Shown: positions 27,173 through 37,612, numbered from the stretch's first letter. The stretch is 53,359 nucleotides of DNA from Eubacteriales bacterium (GCA_051867925.1 JBJDZI010000061.1:1-53359), one strand, 5' to 3'. The notes: generated from the sequence alone by a model not told the origin. Numbers and translations are program-made.

Positions 27173-28354
27173 TTATACCTCGGGGATCTCGACCTCGATC
27201 TCGTGTCCGCACAGGGAGGACTTTACGATACCGTCGATGATCGCCTGATTGTAGATGATCTGCGCAGACGAAACGGGAGCGGAACCGCCGTTCTTGATGG
27301 CATCCAGGAAGGAGCGGATCTTGTGGAAGAACTCGCCCTCGCGGGTATTGTTCAGCATGGGAATTTCCCAGCAAACTTGGGTGGTGGAGTTCGGCAGAGT
27401 GCGGTAGACCTTCATGGGACCGCCGATGGAGCCGTTCCAGCACTCGGTGGAGGGAATGCGCAGACCGCCCTTGGTACCCAAAATGAGGGTGTCACCGGAG
27501 GTGTCCATGTTCATTGCCCACGAAATACGGAAGTCCAGAATGATGCCGCCTTCCAGACGGATGAAACCTGCGGCAAAATCGTCTACGCCGAAGAGATCGG
27601 CGTACTCAGCGGGCTTGTTCTCGGCAGTCCAGTAGGAAGGATCTTTGCCGAAGAAATCGGACTTGTAGCCGGTAACGGTGAGAGGCTTGGGATAGCCGAC
27701 TGCATTCAGCACCATGTCCAAGGAATAGCAACCGATGTCCGCCATTGCGCCGATGCCTGCGGTCTTCTCTTCAATGAAGGAAGTACCGAAGGGTGCGGGA
27801 ATGCCGCGACGGCGTCCGCCGCCGGTCTGAATATAATAGATCTTGCCCAGTTCGCCCGATTCCACGAACTTCTTAAGCATCTGCATATTGGGGTTGAAGC
27901 GGGGCTGGAAGCCGATGGAGAGGATCTTGCCGCTCTTCTTCTCGGCGCGCATAACCTCGATAGCCTCTTCGATGGTAACGGTGAAGGGCTTCTCCAGAAG
28001 GACGTTTACACCGTGTTCCAGCGCGTCGATGGCACAGGGAGCGTGCTGTTTGTTGTAAGTACAGATGGAAACTGCATCCAAGTCGGGGATCGCTTCCAGC
28101 ATTTCGTGACCGCTTTCATAGCAGGGCACGTCGGGATAACCCCAGTCGGTCATGAACTTCTTTGCCTTCCCGGGAATCAGGTCGGCGGCACCGACGATCT
28201 CTACGTCGGGCATCTTTTTGTACTCCGCCATGTGGGATCCTGCGATCCATCCGGTACCGATAATGCCTACTTTCAGTTTTCTGTCGGTGTCAATGACCTT
28301 CTGGGAATGATCTTCCTTGAATGCGTCCAGACTGCTGATGGTTTTTTCTGCCAT
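27173..28354 (-). CDS. Gfo/Idh/MocA oxidoreductase
   Basis: GIIGTGWIA, LEKP, GAMADIGCY. Confidence 0.92.
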   Translation of the reverse strand: MAEKTISSLDAFKEDHSQKVIDTDRKLKVGIIGTGWIAGSHMAEYKKMPDVEIVGAADLIPGKAKKFMTDWGYPDVPCYESGHEMLEAIPDLDAVSICTYNKQHAPCAIDALEHGVNVLLEKPFTVTIEEAIEVMRAEKKSGKILSIGFQPRFNPNMQMLKKFVESGELGKIYYIQTGGGRRRGIPAPFGTSFIEEKTAGIGAMADIGCYSLDMVLNAVGYPKPLTVTGYKSDFFGKDPSYWTAENKPAEYADLFGVDDFAAGFIRLEGGIILDFRISWAMNMDTSGDTLILGTKGGLRIPSTECWNGSIGGPMKVYRTLPNSTTQVCWEIPMLNNTREGEFFHKIRSFLDAIKNGGSAPVSSAQIIYNQAIIDGIVKSSLCGHEIEVEIPEV

Positions 28355-28522
28355 AACAAAATCTCCTTTTCGAAATTGATTTAGACATATTGTCTTTTCA
28401 TTGATTTGACATATTGACTTTTTGAATTATGTTAGTTATAATTATTATAGCGCGACCAAGCGTCGACTGCTACCATAATATTTACTATCGCTTGAACAAT
28501 ATTGACTTTTTGGAGGCTTCCC

Positions 28523-29380
28523 ATGCAAAACGAAAGAGTGCGCCGTAATCTGGTGGAGATCCACGCATACATCGCCCTTGTGGACGACATTGACAAGGCG
28601 GGGAAGCTGTGCGAGATGCACTATCACGACGAGATCGAGCTGTTGCTCATCACCCGCGGTGCGCTGGGATGTTATATGGACGGCGGTGCGCTCACCGCCA
28701 AGGCAGGAGAGGTAATCTTCATCGACTCCCGCGTTCCCCATTGGACGGCTGCCGAAACCGACGACTGCGCCTATATTCTGTTACAATTCTCTCCTGAAGA
28801 TTTTGAGGCGGGGTCGATGACCCGCCGCACCGCTGCCCGATATTTGTACAGTTTCACCCGTCAAAGCACCCGCTCCGTTCGGCTGATCACCGACGGTGAG
28901 ATTGCCGATGGCATCCGTGCCGCATGGGAGGAATATTCCGCCAAGCAAACCGGAGCAGGAAGATTTATCCTCTCCCATCTCTATCGGGTGATGGGTTGGC
29001 TGGAGCGCTCCGGATTTTTGGCGGTGGACAGTCTCCCCGACGAGCAGGCAGTGCAAAAGCTGCTTCCTGCTCTGGAACACATTGACAGCCATTACGGCGA
29101 TCCCGATCTGTCTCTGGAAACGGTCAGCGGCGTAATGAGGCTGAACCCCGCCTACTTCTGCCGCCTGTTCAAGCGGGCAACGGGGCACGGTTTCACGGAG
29201 TATCTGAACTTCGTGCGAGTCACCAAATCGGAGGAGCTTCTGCAAAACACCTCTATGAGCATTCTCGACGTGTCGCTGGAGGTGGGATTTGCCTCTGTCT
29301 CCTATTACAACCGCATCTTCAAGCGCATGAAAAACTGCACCCCCTCCGTCTACCGCTCCGCCCTCTATTCCGCCATGTGA
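28523..29380 (+). CDS. AraC-family transcriptional regulator (cupin plus HTH)
   Basis: MHYHDEIE cupin; YFCRLFK...VGFASVSYYNRIFKR..CTPSVYR; divergent from the oxidoreductase cluster. Confidence 0.93.
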   Translation: MQNERVRRNLVEIHAYIALVDDIDKAGKLCEMHYHDEIELLLITRGALGCYMDGGALTAKAGEVIFIDSRVPHWTAAETDDCAYILLQFSPEDFEAGSMTRRTAARYLYSFTRQSTRSVRLITDGEIADGIRAAWEEYSAKQTGAGRFILSHLYRVMGWLERSGFLAVDSLPDEQAVQKLLPALEHIDSHYGDPDLSLETVSGVMRLNPAYFCRLFKRATGHGFTEYLNFVRVTKSEELLQNTSMSILDVSLEVGFASVSYYNRIFKRMKNCTPSVYRSALYSAM

Positions 29381-29391
29381 TTTTATCATAA

Positions 29392-29483
29392 TCGAGGCTC
29401 CGCCTCAAACCCCGCCCGCTTTCCCCCAAGAAAGCGGGGCAAAGAACTTTTTATAAAAGGGGCGGCAAATACTTGCCGCCCCA
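29392..29483 (-). repeat. Three-hairpin REP-like cassette, copy 3 (hosts a MITE insertion)
   Basis: GAGGCTCCGCCTC-AAACCCC; CCCGCTTTC..GAAAGCGGG; CAAAGAACT; GGGGCGGCAA..TTGCCGCCCC. Confidence 0.7.
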
Positions 29484-29623
29484 CAGTCTGTCGATAAACT
29501 ATAAATTTAGAGTACCGCCAGCCAAGGAATGGGGTTGGAGGTCTGGAGGAAGGGGAAAAACTTCGGCGTATGAGATGGTTTTCCCCTTCCTCCAGTATTC
29601 TCGTTAACTTTTTCGACAGTCTG
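29484..29623 (+). mobile_element. 140-bp MITE-like element (subtype C) with perfect 27-bp direct repeats
   Basis: Ends CAGTCTGTCGA / TCGACAGTCTG; AAGGGGCGGCAAATACTTGCCGCCCCA at 29457-29483 and 29624-29650. Confidence 0.88.
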
Positions 29624-29661
29624 AAGGGGCGGCAAATACTTGCCGCCCCAATTGATGATAT

Positions 29662-30393
29662 TCATTCCTTTTCCGCTTCTGTCTGCGATGCGACTTTGTG
29701 GTTCATGACTTTGTCTTTGACGAAAACACCGATGCCTGCCACCAACATAGTCACGGTGATCAGCAGAACAGTCGCCCAGATGTCACCTTCCGCCAGCGTG
29801 TCACCGATGGAGGTGGAGAGGATCAGCGCGGGCAATCTGCCCAGCGTTGCCAACATCACAATGCGGGAGGGCTTCGCCTTGGTGAAGGGTGCGAAGAAGG
29901 TGATCAGATCCTTCGGTGTGCCTGGGATCAGAAAGAGAATGAAAATCAGCAGATCCCGCTTGTTGGGATCGTGAAGGAAGGTCAATTTCTCAAATCCTTT
30001 GGAGTTACAGAACATATTCACGAACTTCATTCCAAAGCGATTCACCGCCCAGACGATCATAACCGTGCCGATGATATTGCCGATGGTGCCCACCACAGCA
30101 CCGCCCACCGTGCCGAACATAAATCCGAACAAAAACGCCAGCGGACCGCCGGGAATGATCGCCAGCAGCATTTGCAAAATCTGCACCAGCACCATCACAG
30201 GATAGCTCCAGAAGCCAAACCCCGACAGCATAGCCTGATAGGATTGCAAGGTTTCCTTCAGTTCCGCGCCCTTTTCGCCCGAATAGATCCGATCCATTCC
30301 CAGCGCCATGATGACGATAACGATCTCCAGCAAGAGCAGCCCCGCTACCGTCAGCAGTTTGTTTCGCAGTGATTTTTTCTTTTCGGCATCCAT
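29662..30393 (-). CDS. TVP38/VTT (DedA superfamily) membrane protein
   Basis: IPGGP...GFMFG..GG and FLIPGTPKD motifs; several TM segments. Confidence 0.85.
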   Translation of the reverse strand: MDAEKKKSLRNKLLTVAGLLLLEIVIVIMALGMDRIYSGEKGAELKETLQSYQAMLSGFGFWSYPVMVLVQILQMLLAIIPGGPLAFLFGFMFGTVGGAVVGTIGNIIGTVMIVWAVNRFGMKFVNMFCNSKGFEKLTFLHDPNKRDLLIFILFLIPGTPKDLITFFAPFTKAKPSRIVMLATLGRLPALILSTSIGDTLAEGDIWATVLLITVTMLVAGIGVFVKDKVMNHKVASQTEAEKE

Positions 30394-30540
30394 TCGGATC
30401 ACTTCCCTTCACTCTCACGAGTGTGTTGCAATTCTAACACAATAATAGTATTGTACCTTATTTTTTTGAACAAGCAATGAACAAAATGATAAAGCTTGAC
30501 AAATAATGCTTCAGATTTGCTTCATTTGACAAACTTCTGA

Positions 30541-30575
30541 AAAAAACTCGCCTGACGAGCATTCGTCGGGCGAGT
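30541..30575 (-). terminator. Intrinsic terminator after the aldo/keto reductase
   Basis: ACTCGCCTGACGA..TCGTCGGGCGAGT stem with a U-tract on the minus strand. Confidence 0.65.
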
Positions 30576-30598
30576 CATATTTTTGATAAGCGATGCCG

Positions 30599-31513
30599 CT
30601 AAGGCAGGCAATGACCTGCGGCGCGGTAGATGTCGTACCACTCGCTTCGGGTGAGGGTCACGTCAGTGGCGGCACAGATGTCGGAGAGGTGGTGCGGATT
30701 CATCGTTCCCGCGATCACCTGCATTCCTGCGGGGTGACGTAAGATCCACGCGGCGGCTACCGCCGTCTTGGAGATGCCGTATTTTTCACCGATCTCCGCC
30801 AGTTTGCGGTTGAGTTCGGGGAATTTCTCGTTGTCCACGAACATTCCCGCGAAAAAGCCGTACTGGAAGGGAGACCACACCTGAATGGTGACATTTTTGA
30901 TGCGGCAGTATTCCAGCAGAGAGCCGTCGTGCATCTGGGATTCTGCGTTTTTCATATTGACGTTCATTCCCGAGGTGACCATACCCGCCTCTGTGACCGA
31001 GAACTGGAGCTGATCTGCGATCAGCGGCTGCTTCACGCAGGTTTTGAGCAGTTCCATCTGCATGGGGTTGTGGTTGGACACACCGAAGTAGCGCACCTTG
31101 CCCTGAGAATGCAGAAGATCAAAGGCCTCCGCCACCTCTTCGGGTTCCATCAGCGTATCGGGGCGGTGGAGGAGCAGAGCATCCACATGATCCACGCCCA
31201 AACGGGAGAGCGAACCCTCTACCGCTTCCAGAATATGCTCCTTGGAAAAATCATACTGTCCGGGACGGATGCCACACTTGGTCTGCAGTACCATATTGTC
31301 CCGTGCCTTGGGATGACGTTTCAGATAATCGCCGAACAGCCGCTCGGAATTTCCGCCGCCGTAGATGTCGGCATGATCAAAGTAATTGATGCCGTTTTCA
31401 AAAGCGCACTCCATAATGGCGTCCACTCTCTCTTCAGAGAGTCCGCTCATCCGCATACAGCCCAGCGATACGGCAGACGCAGGAATAATCCCGCCCATTT
31501 TAATGTATTTCAT
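30599..31513 (-). CDS. Aldo/keto reductase (YdhF/YcsN-like)
   Basis: FDHADIYGGG, TKCG, LLLHRPD, FGVSN. Confidence 0.93.
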   Translation of the reverse strand: MKYIKMGGIIPASAVSLGCMRMSGLSEERVDAIMECAFENGINYFDHADIYGGGNSERLFGDYLKRHPKARDNMVLQTKCGIRPGQYDFSKEHILEAVEGSLSRLGVDHVDALLLHRPDTLMEPEEVAEAFDLLHSQGKVRYFGVSNHNPMQMELLKTCVKQPLIADQLQFSVTEAGMVTSGMNVNMKNAESQMHDGSLLEYCRIKNVTIQVWSPFQYGFFAGMFVDNEKFPELNRKLAEIGEKYGISKTAVAAAWILRHPAGMQVIAGTMNPHHLSDICAATDVTLTRSEWYDIYRAAGHCLP

Positions 31514-31527
31514 GATTTTTATCTCCT

Positions 31528-31644
31528 TTGAGGCTCTGCACCGGAGCCGGGCGTAGCCCTGCTCTTCCCCGCCAAGAACCTTTTCGAAAAAAGTTCTTGG
31601 AGCTCCAAAAACTTTTGTGAAGGGCAGCAAAACCTTGTCGCCCT
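31528..31644 (-). repeat. Three-hairpin REP-like cassette, copy 4
   Basis: CCAAGAACCTTTT..AAAAAGTTCTTGG; CAAAAACT; AGGGCAGCAA..TTGTCGCCCT. Confidence 0.6.
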
Positions 31645-31672
31645 CAAATGTTATCCTATGGTCGGCAAAACC

Positions 31673-32110
31673 TTACTGATTCTTTGCCATGGTCTCGCAG
31701 TAAATGCAACGATAGATCTTTCGGCTTCGGTCGGTGAGTTTGAACACCTGCGGCAACTCCTGCTCGCAAGAAGTGATGCAACGGGGATTTTTGCAACGAA
31801 GCACGCCCTCTACCTGCTCGGGCAGATCGAGAGAGATGCGTCGGATCACTTCGCCGTTTTCGATAATGCTGACGGTGATACCGGGATCCAGATAGCCCAG
31901 CACGTCAAAGTTCAGATCAATGACATCGTAGATTTTCAGAACGTCCTTGTGTCCCATTTTTTTGCTGACGGCGTTGACGATGACCGCCACGGTACAGCCC
32001 AGTTTGTCCAGACGAAGCACTTTGTAGATCTCCATTGCCTTACCTGCGGTGATGTGATCCAGTACCACACCGTTTTGAATGGGATTGACCATCATTTGCT
32101 TATTTTCCAT
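31673..32110 (-). CDS. pyrI: Aspartate carbamoyltransferase regulatory subunit
   Basis: NGVVLDHI; CKNPRC...CIYC zinc site. Confidence 0.95.
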   Translation of the reverse strand: MENKQMMVNPIQNGVVLDHITAGKAMEIYKVLRLDKLGCTVAVIVNAVSKKMGHKDVLKIYDVIDLNFDVLGYLDPGITVSIIENGEVIRRISLDLPEQVEGVLRCKNPRCITSCEQELPQVFKLTDRSRKIYRCIYCETMAKNQ

Positions 32111-32113
32111 TGC

Positions 32114-33031
32114 TTACACCTCAATTTCCAACAGTTTCAGAATCAGCGCCATGCGAATGTACTTGGCGTAGAGCGCCTGTTTGAAATAGCAGGCGCGGGG
32201 ATCGTCGTCCACTGCTACCGAGATCTCGTTGACACGGGGCAGAGGATGGAGGATGATCAGATCCTGTTTTGCATCCACCAACTTGGCGGGATTAAGGATG
32301 TAGCTGTCCCGCAGACGCAGGTAATCGGCTTCGTTGAAGAAACGCTCCTGCTGTACGCGGGTCATGTAAAGCACGTCCAGTTCGGGCATCACCGATTCCA
32401 GATCGGTGGTCTCCGCATATTCCACACCTGCAGGAATGAGAACGTCCTGAATGAGATAATCGGGGACTTTCAGCTCGCTGGGGGAAACCAGCACGAACTT
32501 CACGCCGGGGTAACGGCTCATGGCGCAGAGCAGAGAATGAACGGTGCGCCCGAACTTCAGATCGCCGCACATACCGACAGTGAGATGATCCAGTCTGCCT
32601 TTCTCCTGATGGATGGTCAGCAGGTCTGCCAGCGTCTGAGTGGGGTGATTGTGACCGCCGTCACCTGCGTTGATGATGGGCACGCCCGATTTCATCATAG
32701 CCACGCGGGGTGCGCCCTCTTTGGGGTGGCGCATGGCGATGATGTCGGCGTAACAGCTGACCATTCGGACGGTATCGGAAACGCTCTCACCCTTGGAAGC
32801 GGAGGAACTGTTGGCAGAGGAGAAACCCAGAACCTGACCGCCCAACTCGTACATTGCCGCCTCAAAGGAGAGACGGGTACGGGTGGAAGGCTCGAAGAAA
32901 AGGGTAGCCAGTTTCTTGCGACGGCAAGCGTCGGCGTATTTATCGGGATTTTCCATAATATCCTTGGCGGTGGAGATCAGCTGATCGATCTCTTCCACCG
33001 TCAGATCCATAATATCAATGAGACTTCTCAT
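32114..33031 (-). CDS. pyrB: Aspartate carbamoyltransferase
   Basis: [16 protein letters not shown]. Confidence 0.97.
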   Translation of the reverse strand: MRSLIDIMDLTVEEIDQLISTAKDIMENPDKYADACRRKKLATLFFEPSTRTRLSFEAAMYELGGQVLGFSSANSSSASKGESVSDTVRMVSCYADIIAMRHPKEGAPRVAMMKSGVPIINAGDGGHNHPTQTLADLLTIHQEKGRLDHLTVGMCGDLKFGRTVHSLLCAMSRYPGVKFVLVSPSELKVPDYLIQDVLIPAGVEYAETTDLESVMPELDVLYMTRVQQERFFNEADYLRLRDSYILNPAKLVDAKQDLIILHPLPRVNEISVAVDDDPRACYFKQALYAKYIRMALILKLLEIEV

Positions 33032-33684
33032 GCGTTTGCTCCATTCACAGCCAGATAGTTCTTGATACGGGTGACATTTTCTTCGTTGGCGGGATCTTCT
33101 TCCAGATATTCGATGATATCGTACACGTCTACCACCGAGTATACGGGGAAGCCGAACTGCTCCTCGATCTCCTGCATTGCGCCCCTATCGGTCTGACCTT
33201 TTTCCTTGCGGTCCACCATGATGAAGGTGGCAATGACCTTGGTTCCCTCCAGATGGCTCAGAATCTCCATGCTCTCGCGGATGGCAGTTCCTGCGGTAAT
33301 GACATCCTCGATGATAACGATCTCTTCGCCCGCCTGAGGAATATAGCCTACGAAGGTGCCGCCTTCGCCGTGATCCTTCACTTCCTTGCGGTTGAAGAAG
33401 AAGGGTACGTTCAGACCGTTTCTGGAAAGAGCCACAGCGGCGGAAATGGACAGCGAAATGCCCTTGTACGCAGGACCGTAGAGGACTGCTGCCTTCTTGC
33501 CCAATTTGTCAAAATATGCCTTGGCGTAGAATTCGCCCATTTTGGTGATCTGATCACCGGTCTTGATCATACCGGCATTAATGAAATAAGGAATCTTTCT
33601 GCCGGATTTCGCGGTGAAATCGCCGAATTTCAGCACTCCTGCGCTTTGCAGGAACTCAATAAACTCTCTCTTGTAACTTTCCAT
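33028..33684 (-). CDS. pyrE: Orotate phosphoribosyltransferase
   Basis: [29 protein letters not shown]. Confidence 0.96.
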   Translation of the reverse strand: MESYKREFIEFLQSAGVLKFGDFTAKSGRKIPYFINAGMIKTGDQITKMGEFYAKAYFDKLGKKAAVLYGPAYKGISLSISAAVALSRNGLNVPFFFNRKEVKDHGEGGTFVGYIPQAGEEIVIIEDVITAGTAIRESMEILSHLEGTKVIATFIMVDRKEKGQTDRGAMQEIEEQFGFPVYSVVDVYDIIEYLEEDPANEENVTRIKNYLAVNGANA

Positions 33685-33858
33685 GATTGTATGTCTCCTT
33701 TGCTTATGATGATTTAGGCGATTGTAAAACTGCGTTTTACAATCGGCTATTATGATGATTCTGTATAGATCCTCGAAAAGGCGGGCGCCCCGCCCCTTGC
33801 GAGGGGGAAAACCGCGCTTGCAGGGGCAACTTTGATCGCCCTTTGATAAAACCGCGAC

Positions 33859-34557
33859 TCAGTCCACGAACTCTGCCACGCACCGACGGTATGCGGCAAC
33901 GGGATCGGCGGCGGCGGTGATGGGTCTGCCTACCACGATGTAGTCGGAACCGATGGCTTTGGCGGCTGAGGGGGTCATCACTCTCTTCTGGTCGCCCACG
34001 TCACCGTCCGCAAAGCGAACGCCGGGGGTAACGGTAATGAAATTCTTGCCGCAGTTTTCGTGGACAATGCCTGCCTCCAGCGGAGAGCAGACCACGCCGT
34101 CCAGACCGGATGCGGCGGCATTCTTGGCATAAGACAGAACCACGTCGGCAACGGGACGGTCGATGAGCAGTTCGTTTGTCATAGTTTCCTGATCAGTGGA
34201 GGTCAGCTGAGTGACGGCGATCAGAATGGGGCGAGTGCCGTCGGGGCGAGTGAGTCCTTCCAGCGCGCCCTTCATCATTGCAGATGCGCCTGCCGCGTGG
34301 AGGTTGGTCATATCCACATCCAAACGGGACAGCACATTCATGGTTTTCTTCACGGTGTTTGGGATATCGTGGCACTTGAGATCCAGAAAGATCTTGTGTC
34401 CTCTGGCCTTGATCGCCCGCACAATGGCAGGCCCTTCGGCATAGAACAGCTCCATACCGATCTTCACGAAGGGCTTCTCCTCGGTGAACTTGTCCAGAAA
34501 TGCGAGTACGCTTTCCTGATCGGCAAAATCGCAGGCAATAATCACGTCTTTTCCCAT
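33859..34557 (-). CDS. pyrF: Orotidine-5'-phosphate decarboxylase
   Basis: FLDLKCHDIPNT, TPGVR, VVGRPIT. Confidence 0.96.
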   Translation of the reverse strand: MGKDVIIACDFADQESVLAFLDKFTEEKPFVKIGMELFYAEGPAIVRAIKARGHKIFLDLKCHDIPNTVKKTMNVLSRLDVDMTNLHAAGASAMMKGALEGLTRPDGTRPILIAVTQLTSTDQETMTNELLIDRPVADVVLSYAKNAAASGLDGVVCSPLEAGIVHENCGKNFITVTPGVRFADGDVGDQKRVMTPSAAKAIGSDYIVVGRPITAAADPVAAYRRCVAEFVD

Positions 34558-34601
34558 TTTTCTATCATCCTTTCAAACATTTAATGTGTTGATCACAAAG
34601 T

Positions 34602-35513
34602 TCAGTGCGCCGCACCGATAATACGCTCCATCGAGTCGATGCGATATTTTTCCATTGCGGCAGGAAGTTCTTCCACCATCTTCTTGGCGATGAAGGGATC
34701 CACCAGATTGGCAGCGCCGATCTGCACGGCTGTAGCACCCGCCATCATCATCTCGATCACATCCTCGGTGGTGGTAATGCCGCCCATCCCGATGATGGGG
34801 ATGTTCACCGCTTCATAGACCTGGTAGACCATCCGCAGGGCTACGGGCATGATGGCAGAGCCGGAGAACCCGCCCATCTTGTTGGCGATCACGGGCTTTC
34901 TTCTGCGCAGATCGATCCGCATTCCCAGCATGGTGTTGATCATGGAAATGCCGTCTGCACCTGCCGCCTCGCAGGCTTTGGCGATGGAGACGATGTCGGT
35001 AACGTTGGGGGTCAGTTTGATATAGACAGGCTTGGTAGTGACCTTCTTCACCGCCTCGGTTACCGCCGCCGCGGATGCCGCATCGGTACCGAAGCTCATG
35101 CCGCCGCCGTGAACATTGGGACAGGAGACGTTGACTTCGATGATGCCCACGATGTCCTGCTTGTCCATTTCCGCACAGCACTTTACATACTCATCAATGG
35201 AAAATCCGCTGACGTTGGCGATGATCTTTTTGTTGTAAACCTGTTTTAGTTTGGGAAATTCCTCGGCAATCACTTTGCAAAGCCCGGGATTTTGCAGTCC
35301 CACCGCATTGATCATACCAGCGGGGCATTCTGCGATGCGGGGCGTGGGATTGCCAAAGCGCGGCTCTGCCGTCGTTCCCTTGCAGGAGAAGGTGCCCAGA
35401 CAGTTGATGTCGTACAGTTCGGCAAACTCGTAGCCGTAGCCGAAGGTGCCGCTGGCGGGGATGATGGGGTTGTCCAGTTCCCAGCCGCTGAGTGTAACCT
35501 TGGTGTTTACCAT
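34602..35513 (-). CDS. pyrD: Dihydroorotate dehydrogenase B, catalytic subunit
   Basis: ASGTFG, NAVGLQNPG, NVSCPN, KLTPN. Confidence 0.95.
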   Translation of the reverse strand: MVNTKVTLSGWELDNPIIPASGTFGYGYEFAELYDINCLGTFSCKGTTAEPRFGNPTPRIAECPAGMINAVGLQNPGLCKVIAEEFPKLKQVYNKKIIANVSGFSIDEYVKCCAEMDKQDIVGIIEVNVSCPNVHGGGMSFGTDAASAAAVTEAVKKVTTKPVYIKLTPNVTDIVSIAKACEAAGADGISMINTMLGMRIDLRRRKPVIANKMGGFSGSAIMPVALRMVYQVYEAVNIPIIGMGGITTTEDVIEMMMAGATAVQIGAANLVDPFIAKKMVEELPAAMEKYRIDSMERIIGAAH

Positions 35514-36244
35514 ATGATCTCCCCCTTTTCCAATACAGGTCCGTCCTTGCATATCCGCTTGTTGCCGTATTTGGTCTTGCAGGAGCATCCCATGCAAGCG
35601 CCGAATCCGCATCCCATACGCTCCTCAAAGGAGCATTGACCGTCCGCCTCGGTGGCATTGTAAAGCGCCTTCAGCATCGGCTCAGGACCGCAGGTATAGA
35701 AGTAGGTGTAATCACCGCAGACCTTCAGCGCGTCGGTGACGAAGCCTTTCACACCCACCGAACCGTCGGCTGTGGCGATGCAGATCTCCACGCCCAGCGC
35801 TTCAAACTGCTCTTTGTAGAAGATCTCTTCCGCTTTGTTGAAGCCGAGAATGACCTTCGGCTGTTTACCCTCTGCAAGAAGCACCTTCGCCAGATGGTAG
35901 AGAGGAGGTACGCCAACGCCGCCGCCGATGAGGAGGGGAGCAGATCCGCTCTTGTCGGTACGATAGCCGTTTCCAAGACCGGTGAGAATGTCCAGACGGG
36001 TACCGACCGTCATTCCCGCCATCTTGGCAGTTCCCTTGCCCACCACTTTGTAGACCAGCGTCAAGGTCTTGTCGTCGTAATCGCAGACCGAGATGGGGCG
36101 GCGCAGATAGAATCCGTCCAGCAAAACATTCACAAACTGACCGGGCGCGGTGATGGCAGAAGTATCGCCCGTCAGCACCATCTCATACACATCAGCCGTC
36201 AGCGGCATGTTGGAGACGATCTCAAAAATTCCTTGTTTCATCAT
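35507..36244 (-). CDS. pyrK: Dihydroorotate dehydrogenase electron-transfer subunit
   Basis: RRPIS, GGGVG, CGP, MGCGFGACMGC...C 2Fe-2S motif. Confidence 0.95.
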   Translation of the reverse strand: MMKQGIFEIVSNMPLTADVYEMVLTGDTSAITAPGQFVNVLLDGFYLRRPISVCDYDDKTLTLVYKVVGKGTAKMAGMTVGTRLDILTGLGNGYRTDKSGSAPLLIGGGVGVPPLYHLAKVLLAEGKQPKVILGFNKAEEIFYKEQFEALGVEICIATADGSVGVKGFVTDALKVCGDYTYFYTCGPEPMLKALYNATEADGQCSFEERMGCGFGACMGCSCKTKYGNKRICKDGPVLEKGEIIW

Positions 36245-36328
36245 AATTCCTTTCCGTCGGAGTGATTCGAATGGTTTTTCGATTGGATGCAGATGCTTGC
36301 AAAGCAATGGATCAAAGGTGAGGGATGC

Positions 36329-37612
36329 TTATTCGGTCTCCCCGCGACGGTAGACGATCTTGCCGTCCACCACAGTCATTTCGCAGACACCGAACAGCCG
36401 CATTCCCGCAAAGGGCGTAGCGCGTCCCATAGAGAGGAAGTCGTCGGGGTTCACCGTAAACTCCTCGTTCAGATTCCACACCGTAAAGTTTGCTTTTTCG
36501 CCCACTGCAAGGGGAACGCCGATGCCGAATCGCTTCGCCGCGTTGTTGTGGAGCAAGTCGATCAGCCGACCGATGGTCATCCGTCCCGTCCTGACGAAGT
36601 GGGTGTACATCACGGCAAACGCCGTCTCGATACCCACCACACCCATGGCGGACTTTTCCAGCCCTCTTCCCTTCTCCTCTGCGGAGTGGGGAGCGTGGTC
36701 GGTGGCGATCATATCAATGGTGCCGTCCAGAATGCCCTCGATCAGCGCATCCCGATCCTCGCGGGAGCGGAGGGGCGGATTCATCTTGAACCGTCCGTCT
36801 TCCTGCAGATCGTCCTCGCAAAGCACCAGATAGTGGGGACCTGTCTCGCAGGTCACGTTGACCCCTCTCGCCTTCGCCTTTCGGATAATGTCCACGCTCT
36901 CCTTGGTGGAGATGTGACAAACATGGTAGGCACAGCCCACCTCTTCCGCCAGCCTCAAGTCGCGCTCGATCTGCTTCCATTCGGATTCGGAGCAGATGCC
37001 GCGATGCCCATGGGCTTTGGCGTAACGTCCATCGTGGATGTAACCGCCGCGCAAAAGTTCGTTAACCTCGCAATGGGCGACGATCATCTTTCCCAGCCGC
37101 TTTGCCTCGGTCATTGCCGCCCGCATCATCTCGTCGGACTGCACGCCGCGCCCGTCATCGGAAAAGGCGATCACCTTGTCCGCCATCCCTGCCAGATCGG
37201 AAAGTTTCTTGCCCTGCTGTCCCACGGTAATGGAGCCATAGGGGTGGACGCGGATCACCGCACCGTCTTCGATCCGTTTCAACTGTTCATTCAGATGCTC
37301 CACGCTGTCGGGGACGGGGTTCAGATTGGGCATGGTGCAAACGTCTCCGTAACCGCCGCGGGCGGCGGCGCGGGAACCGCTTGCGATCGTTTCCTTATAA
37401 GAAAAACCCGGCTCTCTGAAATGCACGTGCACATCGGAAAAAGTCGGGAATATGACACATTCGAAAAAATCAAAAGGAAGGGGCATCGTTTGGTTGCCCG
37501 CATCGGTAGAAGATTCAATGGAAGAGACAACACCCTCCCGAACGGTAACATCGGCAGGAATGAGAGAACCGTTTTGATAAACGGCAGAATGTCTGAATTT
37601 AGCGTCCGGCAT
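36329..37612 (-). CDS. pyrC: Dihydroorotase (type I)
   Basis: DVHVHFREPG, MPN, KMNPPLR, TDHAPH. Confidence 0.95.
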   Translation of the reverse strand: MPDAKFRHSAVYQNGSLIPADVTVREGVVSSIESSTDAGNQTMPLPFDFFECVIFPTFSDVHVHFREPGFSYKETIASGSRAAARGGYGDVCTMPNLNPVPDSVEHLNEQLKRIEDGAVIRVHPYGSITVGQQGKKLSDLAGMADKVIAFSDDGRGVQSDEMMRAAMTEAKRLGKMIVAHCEVNELLRGGYIHDGRYAKAHGHRGICSESEWKQIERDLRLAEEVGCAYHVCHISTKESVDIIRKAKARGVNVTCETGPHYLVLCEDDLQEDGRFKMNPPLRSREDRDALIEGILDGTIDMIATDHAPHSAEEKGRGLEKSAMGVVGIETAFAVMYTHFVRTGRMTIGRLIDLLHNNAAKRFGIGVPLAVGEKANFTVWNLNEEFTVNPDDFLSMGRATPFAGMRLFGVCEMTVVDGKIVYRRGETE

